A stretch of DNA of 64,000 nt from Flavobacteriales bacterium. GTDB taxonomy: Bacteria; Bacteroidota; Bacteroidia; Palsa-965. Numbering within the stretch: the stretch's first letter is position 1; each line of letters starts with the position of its first letter. Below, piece after piece: positions 38,941 through 47,671 of the stretch. A model generated the notes under the pieces. It did no database searches. It was not told the DNA's origin and saw only the letters and a list, made by a program, of their open reading frames with translations. The position numbers were made by a program, and so were the translations under genes. The stretch is from assembly GCA_040377305.1 (NCBI GenBank), contig JBEIPA010000023.1, forward strand, positions 13,584-77,583, read 5' to 3'.

Positions 38941-39606
38941 ATGAAAATTACCCAACTCACCATGTCCGCTCCCGATCCGGCAGAACTAAAAAAGTTCTAT
39001 TGGGCTGAACTCGGTTTCGATGAAATTGAAGCAGCCACCGATAGCGATGGATTTTCGTTTCAATGCGGACATACCCGTGTAAATTTCGTCCCTGGCGATC
39101 GCGATGCGAAGTATCATTTTGCATTCAATATTCATCCCGATAAATTACCTGATGCAATTGAATGGCTGCAGGCCAAGAAAATTGAGTTGGTTCACAGTTC
39201 AGAACATAAAGGATTTCTCATCGATTTTCCGAACTGGTGGGCAAAGTCGGTTTACTTCTATGATGCCGCAGGAAATATTGTTGAGCTCATCGCGCGCGGT
39301 GGACTCGGTCCTGCAGGAAATACACCTAAGTTTTCTGCGCATTCCATTATTGGTGTAAGTGAAATCGGAATTGTGACTGAGGATGTGGCATACTTCCGCG
39401 AGTGGTTGAATATCACACACGGAGTGCCGCCTTTTTCGCGTCAGCAAAACACGGATGACTTTTCTGCAATGGGCGACGATCACGGATTGTTGCTGCTCGT
39501 GAAGACTGGTCGTAAATGGTTGATGGGAAATTTCGACTCGAAGCATTTTCCGCTGGCGATAGAAGGGACAACGGAGGGAAGAGAAGTGAAGTTGATTCTT
39601 CCTTAA
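38941..39606 (+). CDS. VOC/glyoxalase family protein
   Basis: FY...LGF, YHFAFNI, SVYFYDAAGNIVELIAR and SEIGIV motifs. Confidence 0.88.
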   Translation: MKITQLTMSAPDPAELKKFYWAELGFDEIEAATDSDGFSFQCGHTRVNFVPGDRDAKYHFAFNIHPDKLPDAIEWLQAKKIELVHSSEHKGFLIDFPNWWAKSVYFYDAAGNIVELIARGGLGPAGNTPKFSAHSIIGVSEIGIVTEDVAYFREWLNITHGVPPFSRQQNTDDFSAMGDDHGLLLLVKTGRKWLMGNFDSKHFPLAIEGTTEGREVKLILP

Positions 39607-39620
39607 AATTACTTTACGGT

Positions 39621-39714
39621 AAGGGAATTGAGGTATTGGGGAATTAAGGGATTTGGGCTAAATGCATCACACCCAAATCCCTTAATTCCTTAATCCCCTA
39701 ATCCCTAATTCCTT
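39621..39714. repeat. Inverted cassette of 7-8-mer tandem repeats (GGRATTDR)
   Basis: GGAATTGA GGTATTGG GGAATTAA GGGATTTG, then CAAATCCC TTAATTCC TTAATCCC CTAATCCC TAATTCCT. Abuts the TACATTTG promoter. Confidence 0.8.
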
Positions 39715-39739
39715 ACATTTGCCGCCTCAACCGTAACCC

Positions 39740-41308
39740 ATGAATAAGCTCATTCTATCTTTCCTTCTCGTCTTTTCTATTCTTCCTGCTATCGCCCAAA
39801 CGGATATCGCAGAATCGGATGTAAAAACTGCTGACGATAATTTCAAATCAGAGAACTACGAAGAAGCACTCACGATTTACCTCGATCTATTGACGGAAGA
39901 TCCGCGTAACATGCTTTACAATTACCGGATCGGCGTTTGTTATCTGAACACGAACATCAATAAGGCGAAAGCAATTCCGTATCTCGAATTGGTTACACGT
40001 CAACCAAACTACGAACCGGATGCAATGTACCTGCTCGGACGTGCTTACCATTTCGCGTACCGTTTCAACGACGCCATTGAGGCTTACAACAAATTCAAGA
40101 CTGCCGGAAAAGGAAAAGCTGAGAACCTTGCCGATGTCGATCGCGAAATTCAGAACTGTTACAACGCCGAACAGATTATGAAGTTCCAGTCGAACGTAAC
40201 GTTTGAAAATCTCGGAAGCAGTATCAATTCTCCGTTCCCGGATTATTCTCCGTTCGTGCCTGCAGATGAATCTTTCATTGTGTACAACACCAAACGCAAC
40301 GACAACGGCAATCTGCGCCAGAACGACGGATCGTATTTTTCTACAGTGAGTATTTCACGTGTGAATGACGGTGGATTTCTCAAGTCGAAAAATATCGGAG
40401 CGCCATTGAGCACAACAGATGGCAACGCAGAGTGCGCAGGCATGTCACCAAACGGCGATTACATGATACTGTATTATGATGACGCTGCAGGAACTGGAGA
40501 TTTGTACTTATCTGAAATGGATAAGGTAAAAGGATCTTACAAGCGTGCGGTTAAGCTCGATGAATCAATCAACTCGAAGTACTTTGAAATTGCCGCTACA
40601 ATCACTAACGACGGCAGTGTTATTTATTTCGCGAGTAACCGTCCTGGCGGATACGGTGGCATGGATCTGTACATGTCGAAGCGTTTGCCTAACGGAAAAT
40701 TCGGCCCAGCGGTGAATCTCGGTCCCGGAGTGAACACGCCTTACGACGAAGATTATCCAAGTATTTCCGGTGATACAAAAACACTTTTCTTCAGTTCGAA
40801 AGGTCACACCAGCATGGGAGGCTACGACATATTCAAAGCTGCGTTCAATGCAGATTCATCCAAATTCAGCAGCGTAACGAACATGGGGTTTCCAATTAAC
40901 ACGCCAGAGGACAACAGCAACTTCCGTATTTCAGAGAATGGTCGTTTTGGTTATCTCGCTGCATTGCGTGATGATGGTTTAGGTGACATCGATATTTATC
41001 GCGTTACGTTTAACGACGTTGTGCCAAACTACACTGTCATTCACGGACCGATCAAGTTTTCCAACGATGCGAGCAAGCCCGGTTACAATGAAGTCTTTAT
41101 TACGGTGAACGAAACAAAGACCGGAGAATTGATGGGAACTTACATCCCGAATAGCAACACCGGCAATTACGTGATCATTCTGCCTCCCGGAAATTACAGC
41201 ATGACGATTGAAGCGCCGGGCTGCGAAGTGGTGACACAAACGATTAACATTCTCGATAAGAGTTCTTTCAAGCCGGAGATTGAACAGGACATCTTGCTGA
41301 AAAACTAG
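39740..41308 (+). CDS. TPR + PD40 propeller + carboxypeptidase-regulatory-like protein (PorE-like architecture without OmpA domain)
   Basis: TPR helices, IYFASNRPGGYGGMDLY, NLGPGVNT, FFSSKGHTSMGGYDIF and LPPGNY motifs. Confidence 0.85.
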   Translation: MNKLILSFLLVFSILPAIAQTDIAESDVKTADDNFKSENYEEALTIYLDLLTEDPRNMLYNYRIGVCYLNTNINKAKAIPYLELVTRQPNYEPDAMYLLGRAYHFAYRFNDAIEAYNKFKTAGKGKAENLADVDREIQNCYNAEQIMKFQSNVTFENLGSSINSPFPDYSPFVPADESFIVYNTKRNDNGNLRQNDGSYFSTVSISRVNDGGFLKSKNIGAPLSTTDGNAECAGMSPNGDYMILYYDDAAGTGDLYLSEMDKVKGSYKRAVKLDESINSKYFEIAATITNDGSVIYFASNRPGGYGGMDLYMSKRLPNGKFGPAVNLGPGVNTPYDEDYPSISGDTKTLFFSSKGHTSMGGYDIFKAAFNADSSKFSSVTNMGFPINTPEDNSNFRISENGRFGYLAALRDDGLGDIDIYRVTFNDVVPNYTVIHGPIKFSNDASKPGYNEVFITVNETKTGELMGTYIPNSNTGNYVIILPPGNYSMTIEAPGCEVVTQTINILDKSSFKPEIEQDILLKN

Positions 41309-41318
41309 CACACGCTCA

Positions 41319-41440
41319 ATTCGAGATTCGAAAATTTGAAGATTCGATATGAAGTCAAGAAAAAGCCTCTCCAGATTTGGAGAGGCTTTTCGTTTAACCA
41401 GTAACTATATTCGAATTTTAGAATCTTCAAATTTTCAAAT
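41319..41440. repeat. Inverted 8-mer repeat cassette (TTYGAARA) enclosing a bidirectional terminator
   Basis: ATTCGAG ATTCGAAA ATTTGAAG ATTCGAT, central AAAAGCCTCTCCA-gatt-TGGAGAGGCTTTT, then TTCGAATT TTAGAATC TTCAAATT TTCAAAT. Confidence 0.8.
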
Positions 41441-41446
41441 GTCGTC

Positions 41447-43363
41447 TTAGTCTTCCGCGAGAACAATAATCTTGTCGACCTCTTTGTAAGCAACCTTCGC
41501 CGATTTCTTCGGATTCACAACCACACCGTATGCCTTGTCAGCATTCTGAGCGTGTTCAACTACACGATATCCGATTGCCGTTTCTCCACGATTTGCTGCC
41601 GCTTCAATTACGGTGTAGAAATCAACTGGTTTGCCCACCTGAACGTAGTCTTTCATGTCACGAATGTAAATTTCAGATCCTTCAGAACGGAATAGATCTT
41701 TGAACACTTTCTCGAGATGTTTGTTCTCCGATATCTGAGAGAGCAGGAGAGACACCAACTTGTCGCTCACAATAAAGTCGTCTGCCTTCGCGATCTCTGC
41801 AAGAGCTCTGTTACGCACATCTCGCATTTCGCTGACAATGCTGAGGTTAACATCGTTCTGTTCTGCAATGTTGCGCAAGTGGAGGAGAGTAATCAATACT
41901 TCTGCATCAGCTTCCTGCACTGGCTTTTCGTTCGAGCAGAGAATAATAATGTGGTCGTATGATTTTACATCTACGCCATCCAAAATGTTACGTTCAGTAA
42001 TAGCTGCGTTCAAATAGGTCAGCTTCTGTTTACTCAATCCTGCTTTCAAGGCGTTCGCTTCGGCTTCAGAAGTAGAAACGTCAGATACCACAAGAATCTC
42101 TGATCCCATACCAACGTAGTTATCCAACTCGTTGATGATCATCGAACCTTTTTCGTTCCAACCCAACACGATTGTCTTTTCTTTACCGGCAACAGCACGC
42201 TGACCATTACGGATGTTCGCCACATCAGCTTTAGGAGCAGCAGTTGTGCTTGGAATCAATGACTCATCGTCTTCCGTAATTGCAATGATCTGATCGCCTT
42301 TCTTAATTATTGTGTCCATTGGTGGATTGATCATCACGGTACCATCGGCAGCCATAAAGCCCATCACAGCGGAATCTTCGTAAGCATCAATAACCTCACG
42401 GTACGTTTTCCCTGTGAGTTTTGTCTCTTCCTTAAAGTAGATTTCTGCACCGTCGAAGTCCATGAGCTCGGTGTAAACCACTGAAAGTCCGGACTGACGA
42501 CAAGTTTGTGCCGTCACACGTGCAATCAGGTCAGAAGAGAGGATGAGAGAAGTTTCGTGTCCGCCAACCAATTCTCCGGCTTCCATATTCTTCTCTTCAC
42601 GCAACTCTGCAACGATGTGGTAATCTTCCTTGTGGCGATCAGGGTTGTTCGTCAACGCAAGAATAGACTTGATTACGTATACATCCGGCTGATCAGCTTC
42701 TTCCGGAGAAACGATGATAATTGATTTCGCTTCGTGCGGGTTAGCCACTTTCAGGTCATCAAGATCGAGTGGGCTACCAGTACGGCAAATCACTTTTGTG
42801 TTTTTTGTGTTCGGAAACTTGGAACGGATTTCATCTTCCATTTCAACTTTATCGCGATCAGCCATAATTACAATGCGAGGCTTTTTCTTATTCTCATTCG
42901 CAATTAACAATTCAGAAATGATCGTGAAAATTTTCGGAGACCATCCCAGAATGAGTGTGTGATTTGACTCGAGGACTTTTGACTTTCCTTTACGCATTTC
43001 ATCAATTGCACCTTCCATACCAGAAGTGATTGTACCGATAAGTGTAGAGACAATGAAAATACCTCCAACTGTAACCGTCAATGCAACCCCACGAATGATC
43101 CAGTCTGCGCCGGTAGTTTCGCCCGGAGCACCATCTCCGGCCATATTCCCCGCATCGAACGTACGCATTAGAGAATTCCATGCTGCCTCAACCCAACTGT
43201 CACTGCCATCATAAGAGGTGCCCGTAATAAATACAACCGTTCCGGCAACAAGTACGATTACAAGTGAAACAATAGCGAGCCATCCGATAATAGCAACTGG
43301 TCCAGAAGACAACGTGTTCTCAAACGAGTAACGCATCTTTTCTTTGAATGAAGGTCCTGACAT
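41447..43363 (-). CDS. CASTOR/POLLUX-like cation channel with tandem RCK domains
   Basis: Two TM segments around pore sequence RTFDAGNMAGD, GKSKVLESNHTLILGW, VICRTGSP, QTCRQSGLS.VY.EL.DFDGAEIY, second RCK and EGSEIY. Confidence 0.88.
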   Translation of the reverse strand: MSGPSFKEKMRYSFENTLSSGPVAIIGWLAIVSLVIVLVAGTVVFITGTSYDGSDSWVEAAWNSLMRTFDAGNMAGDGAPGETTGADWIIRGVALTVTVGGIFIVSTLIGTITSGMEGAIDEMRKGKSKVLESNHTLILGWSPKIFTIISELLIANENKKKPRIVIMADRDKVEMEDEIRSKFPNTKNTKVICRTGSPLDLDDLKVANPHEAKSIIIVSPEEADQPDVYVIKSILALTNNPDRHKEDYHIVAELREEKNMEAGELVGGHETSLILSSDLIARVTAQTCRQSGLSVVYTELMDFDGAEIYFKEETKLTGKTYREVIDAYEDSAVMGFMAADGTVMINPPMDTIIKKGDQIIAITEDDESLIPSTTAAPKADVANIRNGQRAVAGKEKTIVLGWNEKGSMIINELDNYVGMGSEILVVSDVSTSEAEANALKAGLSKQKLTYLNAAITERNILDGVDVKSYDHIIILCSNEKPVQEADAEVLITLLHLRNIAEQNDVNLSIVSEMRDVRNRALAEIAKADDFIVSDKLVSLLLSQISENKHLEKVFKDLFRSEGSEIYIRDMKDYVQVGKPVDFYTVIEAAANRGETAIGYRVVEHAQNADKAYGVVVNPKKSAKVAYKEVDKIIVLAED

Positions 43364-43544
43364 AGGGTATAGGGTTTAATTTGGGATTTTAATTGGGGTG
43401 GTGAAAATAGTCCGAATTCCTCAACGAGGCAAAAATGATCGCTTAAAATTGATAGCTGATTGTGAAAGTCTTGTAAGGTTGGCGGTAGGGTAGCGTGATT
43501 TGAACAAGTTTCAGCATCTCTGCATCTCCGCCAAACCAAGGGAC

Positions 43545-43628
43545 AAAAAAACGAAGAGCAACGCTTAACCCCAAAAGCGCTGCTCTTCTTGTGCATGTCC
43601 TGCCGGGCGGCAGAACAAGACAAATATA
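43545..43628 (-). promoter_or_regulatory. Promoter, hairpin and intrinsic terminator upstream of the channel gene (sRNA or attenuator)
   Basis: TATATTTG (43628-43621), 9-bp hairpin 43617-43596, 14-bp hairpin 43588-43553 followed by a T7 run. Confidence 0.55.
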
Positions 43629-43829
43629 ATGGAGAATGCTTCGGAAATGCACGCCGACCTCCGAAAATTGAAATTTGTTTTTCACGATGAGTAGATGAAA
43701 AATACTCTGAGAAATTTTACAAAATGTTGTGAGAAAACTCGTCATCCGAATACACGTGAATGTCGAAAATCTAAGCGTTCTCATCGGACAATCTGCTATC
43801 TTTGGTCATCAAGAAAATTTAATCGGTCT

Positions 43830-44576
43830 ATGAATTTACTTCAAGGAAAAACTGCGCTGATCACCGGCGCAACACGCGGAATCGGAAAAGGAATCGCCGA
43901 ATTGTTCGCGAAGAATGGTGCGAACGTAGCATTCACATATGTTTCATCTGAAGAAAAAGCACGCGCGATGGAAGCTGAACTCGCTGCTAATGGCGTGAAA
44001 GTGAAAGGCTACAAGTCTGATGCTGGCGATTTCAAAGCAGCAGAAGAATTAGTAAACGCGGTTACTACCGAATTCGGTACAATTGATATCCTGGTGAACA
44101 ACGCCGGCATCACACGCGATACGTTGCTCATGCGAATGTCTGAGTTACAGTGGGATGAAGTAATGAATGCAAATCTAAAATCTGTTTTCAACCTGACGAA
44201 GGCTGTTCAGCGTCCAATGTTAAAACAACGTAACGGATCTATTATCAACATGAGTTCTGTGGTAGGATTGAAAGGCAATGCCGGCCAATCAAACTACGCA
44301 GCATCTAAAGCCGGGATCATCGGTTTCAGCAAATCAGTAGCGTTGGAACTTGGTTCACGAAATATCCGTTGCAACGTAATTGCTCCCGGATTTATTGAAA
44401 CAGAAATGACGGCTGCCCTGGACGAGAAAGTTGTTCAGTCGTGGCGCGATGGAATTCCACTGAAGCGTGGCGGAACTCCTGAAGATGTAGCAAAAGCAAC
44501 GCTGTTCCTTGCGAGCGATCTTTCGTCGTATGTAACAGGACAAGTGTTGAGTGTATGTGGTGGAATGCTGACCTAA
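43830..44576 (+). CDS. fabG: 3-oxoacyl-ACP reductase
   Basis: TGATRGIG, NNAGITRD, NAGQSNYAASK and PGFIET motifs. Start at ATG 43830 after TATCTTTG (43797-43804). Confidence 0.95.
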   Translation: MNLLQGKTALITGATRGIGKGIAELFAKNGANVAFTYVSSEEKARAMEAELAANGVKVKGYKSDAGDFKAAEELVNAVTTEFGTIDILVNNAGITRDTLLMRMSELQWDEVMNANLKSVFNLTKAVQRPMLKQRNGSIINMSSVVGLKGNAGQSNYAASKAGIIGFSKSVALELGSRNIRCNVIAPGFIETEMTAALDEKVVQSWRDGIPLKRGGTPEDVAKATLFLASDLSSYVTGQVLSVCGGMLT

Positions 44577-44600
44577 TCAGCAAGAAGTAAAAAATCCCTC

Positions 44601-46691
44601 TTGAAACTAAGCGTAGTCACAGAAGCTCCTTCGTGGTTTATCCTGCTTTGTCTGCTGACAGGCGGGCTCTACGCTGCTATCTTGTATTACCGGGATCGGA
44701 AGTACGATGGCATTGCGAAGAAGCTTTTGTACTTTTTGTCGTTCCTGCGATTTCTTTCGATTAGTATTCTCGCATTCCTTTTATTGTCCCCTTTACTGAA
44801 AACAGTTTTCAGAGAAGTGGAGAAACCTGTGATTGTCATTGCAACTGACCATTCAGAATCAATTGTTGCCGGAAAAGATTCGGCGTACTACCAGACTCAA
44901 TTCATCCCTCAACTCGACAAGCTGGAAGAAGCACTGAGTGAGAAATACACAGTTGTTCGCTATTCGTTTGGTGATCATTTCTCGGAAGGAGAAGATTCCG
45001 CATTCACACACAAGGAAACGGATTTCTCTACCGTGTTTGATGAGCTCGAAACCCGTTACAGCAACCGGAATCTCGGTGCTGTCATACTTGCCAGCGATGG
45101 AATCTTCAATCGCGGAATGAGTCCGGTGTACAGTTCAACCTGGCTCAAGTCGCCGTTGTTTGCAATTGCATTGGGCGATACCACGGTGAAGAAAGACATT
45201 CTCATTCCGGATGTCAATCACAATTCAATCGCATTCCTTGGCAATAAATTCCCGGTTGAAATTGTTGTCAATGCAAACAAAGCCATCGGAGAGAATGCAG
45301 TGGTGACCTTGAGTAAAGGTGGCCAGACGATCTCCACACAACGCATCAGTCCGGACAAGGAAAGCTATACAACAACAGTTCCGGTCGAACTCGAAGCAAC
45401 ATCAGTAGGCATTCAGAAATACACGGCAGTAGTTTCAATAATAGAAGGAGAAGAAAACACGGTCAACAACCGTTTTGACTTCTTCGTGGAAGTTCTGGAT
45501 TCACGCCAGAAAGTTCTGATAGTTGCTGCTGCACCACATCCGGACATTGCAGCATTGAAGTTATCTATTGAAGGCAATGACAACTACCAGGTTACCACAG
45601 CAATCCTTGGAGAGCTGAATGAACCGGTAAACAAATTCAACCTCGCCATTCTTCACGGCATTCCTTCTGAAACGGCGCAGGGACAGAAAATCCTCGGCGA
45701 TCTTTCAGCTGCAGGAGTTCCTGTATGGTATATCACAGGAGCGCAATCGAGGTACACGCAATTCAATGCGCTGGCAACCGGCCTTGAGATCGAAATCAAC
45801 GGTTCACGTGCGAATGAATGTCAGCCCGTCCTCGTAAAAGACTTTCCGCTGTTTTCACTTTCTGATGACGTTGTGAATTTCATTCCGAACCTTCCGATCG
45901 TTTCAACACCGTTTGCAGCTTTCAACACAGCCGCCGGAGTTTCTCCATTCATGAAACAGAAAATCGGAAACCTCACTACTGATTTTCCGCTGTGGGTTTT
46001 CATGGAGAAACAGGGAAGAAAAATGTCGGTTTTTGCCGGCGAAGGATTGTGGAAATGGAAGATGACCGATTATGCAGCGCATGGTTCGCACGAGATATTT
46101 GACGAGATCATCGGTAAGACCATCCAGTATTTGTCGTTGCAGGAAGAGAGAAGCTTCCTGCGTGTTTCATCTCCCACGTCGAAACCGGAGAATGAAGAAA
46201 TTATGTTTGACGCGGAAGTCTATAACCAGAGTTATGAGTTGATACAGACACCGGATGTTTTTCTGAAGATCACGGATGATAAAGGAACCGAGTACAGGTA
46301 TACTTTCTCCAAATCAGTACGCGCTTATCATCTGAACACTGGAATGAAAGCTTCCGGAGAATACAGCTGGGAAGCAACCACAAAAGTGGGTAACGAAACG
46401 TATACAAAGAAGGGCAAGTTTGTCGTTACCCAATTGATGGCCGAGCGATCGGTGACTACGGCGAATCATCGCGTTCTATTCAATCTTGCGGAAGCTCACA
46501 ACGGAAAGTTGGTCTATCCGGATGCAATTCAGTCTCTCGCCAGCATCATTCAGGCCCGTGAAGACATCAAGCCGGTTGTGTATAACCCCAAAAAACTCAT
46601 TGAATTGGTTCAAATGTGGTGGATTTTCGCCATTCTGATGGGTTTATTAACATTGGAATGGTTCATAAGAAAGAGGCAAGGAGCTTATTAA
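44601..46691 (+). CDS. Membrane-anchored VWA-like/glutamine-amidotransferase-like domain protein
   Basis: Two N-terminal TM segments, DHSES, T, SDG MIDAS-like residues, PHPDI and C-terminal TM LEWFIRK. TTG start. Confidence 0.8.
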   Translation: MKLSVVTEAPSWFILLCLLTGGLYAAILYYRDRKYDGIAKKLLYFLSFLRFLSISILAFLLLSPLLKTVFREVEKPVIVIATDHSESIVAGKDSAYYQTQFIPQLDKLEEALSEKYTVVRYSFGDHFSEGEDSAFTHKETDFSTVFDELETRYSNRNLGAVILASDGIFNRGMSPVYSSTWLKSPLFAIALGDTTVKKDILIPDVNHNSIAFLGNKFPVEIVVNANKAIGENAVVTLSKGGQTISTQRISPDKESYTTTVPVELEATSVGIQKYTAVVSIIEGEENTVNNRFDFFVEVLDSRQKVLIVAAAPHPDIAALKLSIEGNDNYQVTTAILGELNEPVNKFNLAILHGIPSETAQGQKILGDLSAAGVPVWYITGAQSRYTQFNALATGLEIEINGSRANECQPVLVKDFPLFSLSDDVVNFIPNLPIVSTPFAAFNTAAGVSPFMKQKIGNLTTDFPLWVFMEKQGRKMSVFAGEGLWKWKMTDYAAHGSHEIFDEIIGKTIQYLSLQEERSFLRVSSPTSKPENEEIMFDAEVYNQSYELIQTPDVFLKITDDKGTEYRYTFSKSVRAYHLNTGMKASGEYSWEATTKVGNETYTKKGKFVVTQLMAERSVTTANHRVLFNLAEAHNGKLVYPDAIQSLASIIQAREDIKPVVYNPKKLIELVQMWWIFAILMGLLTLEWFIRKRQGAY

Positions 46692-46764
46692 CAGGCTTGT
46701 AGAAACCCCGTTTTGTGCGTATACTTGTAAAACATTAAGGCAAACACCTAACACAAAACACTCC

Positions 46765-46968
46765 ATGAAAAAGTTCATTTCAGCAAAAATGATTCTCGCG
46801 ATGCTCGCACTTGGTTCAGTTGCTTTCGTAGCTGAGTCTTGCGGAAACAAACATGCATGCGGTACTAAACACCAAAAGCGTGCGCGTCACAAGCGTATCA
46901 AGAAGAACACCAACTTCATGGCTGGTTTCAATGCATTCGAGCAGCCTGTAGAGGTTAGCACAAAATAA
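46765..46968 (+). CDS. Small basic putative lipoprotein
   Basis: MKK plus hydrophobic core plus ESC. A-rich translation initiation region. Followed by a terminator. Confidence 0.65.
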   Translation: MKKFISAKMILAMLALGSVAFVAESCGNKHACGTKHQKRARHKRIKKNTNFMAGFNAFEQPVEVSTK

Positions 46969-46985
46969 TTCTGAAGAATATCTTA

Positions 46986-47030
46986 AACCGGTTGTCCTGA
47001 CTGAAAATGTCGGGACCACCGGTTTTTTTG
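46986..47030 (+). terminator. Intrinsic terminator
   Basis: AACCGGT.GTCCTGAC-tgaaaat-GTCGGGAC.ACCGGTT followed by a T-run. Confidence 0.7.
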
Positions 47031-47135
47031 TTTTGATTTTGTCAGAAGGTATAACTGAAGAACTTAACATGTGATTGCGCCGCTATCGATTTCCTTTCAG
47101 TCTAGCATTAAAAATGTCCGTAGCTTCGATGCCGA

Positions 47136-47576
47136 ATGTATCAACTGAACATCATTCTGAGAAATGCTTTGAATCGTAACGTTTTACGAAACGGGTTCGG
47201 GAGTAGGTTTTACCTAATCCTGTTCAGCATTTCCATGTTGGGTCAGTATGCTTACGCGTTCTCCCTTAGTTCTGATTATTGCAATGAGAACGTAAAGAAT
47301 GGGATTCAGTTCACCGCACCCGATTCACACCAGAAGCTTGCAAACCCGTTTGACTTTCCTCTATTCAGTGAGCCTGATACAGAAGATTCGGAAACGGAAT
47401 CAGGTTCCGGGAATGACTATGAACTCGACGTTCTGTTCATTCGTTCCACCAATGTAGAATCGTATCTGAATGGCGCACGCAAAAGTGCTTCATCCAGTTT
47501 TATTTCTCTCATTTTAAACCGGCGTACGGTTTCTTTGATTGTTCTTCATCATTCCTGGAAGAGCGATTTAGCCTGA
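47136..47576 (+). CDS. Hypothetical protein leading the RND operon
   Basis: ATG 7 nt after TAGCTTCG. One hydrophobic segment, an acidic tract and C-terminal LHHSWK. Confidence 0.5.
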   Translation: MYQLNIILRNALNRNVLRNGFGSRFYLILFSISMLGQYAYAFSLSSDYCNENVKNGIQFTAPDSHQKLANPFDFPLFSEPDTEDSETESGSGNDYELDVLFIRSTNVESYLNGARKSASSSFISLILNRRTVSLIVLHHSWKSDLA

Positions 47577-47671
47577 TTGAATAATTAACGCCGGCACTTC
47601 CTGTGTCGGTTTGTATATGCTGCGGATTTCTCCGTGCATATTCCAACAATTCATTTATTCAACTCAGACAA

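Noticed and set aside
4644-41440. Short repeat arrays as CRISPR
   Set aside because: Units are 7-8 bp, degenerate and without spacers, and there are no cas genes.
43258-43829. ORFs 43258-43623, 43443-43784 and the 45-aa N-terminal extension of FabG
   Set aside because: The region is better explained by divergent promoters and RNA hairpins. FabG homology starts at ATG 43830, downstream of a -7 box.
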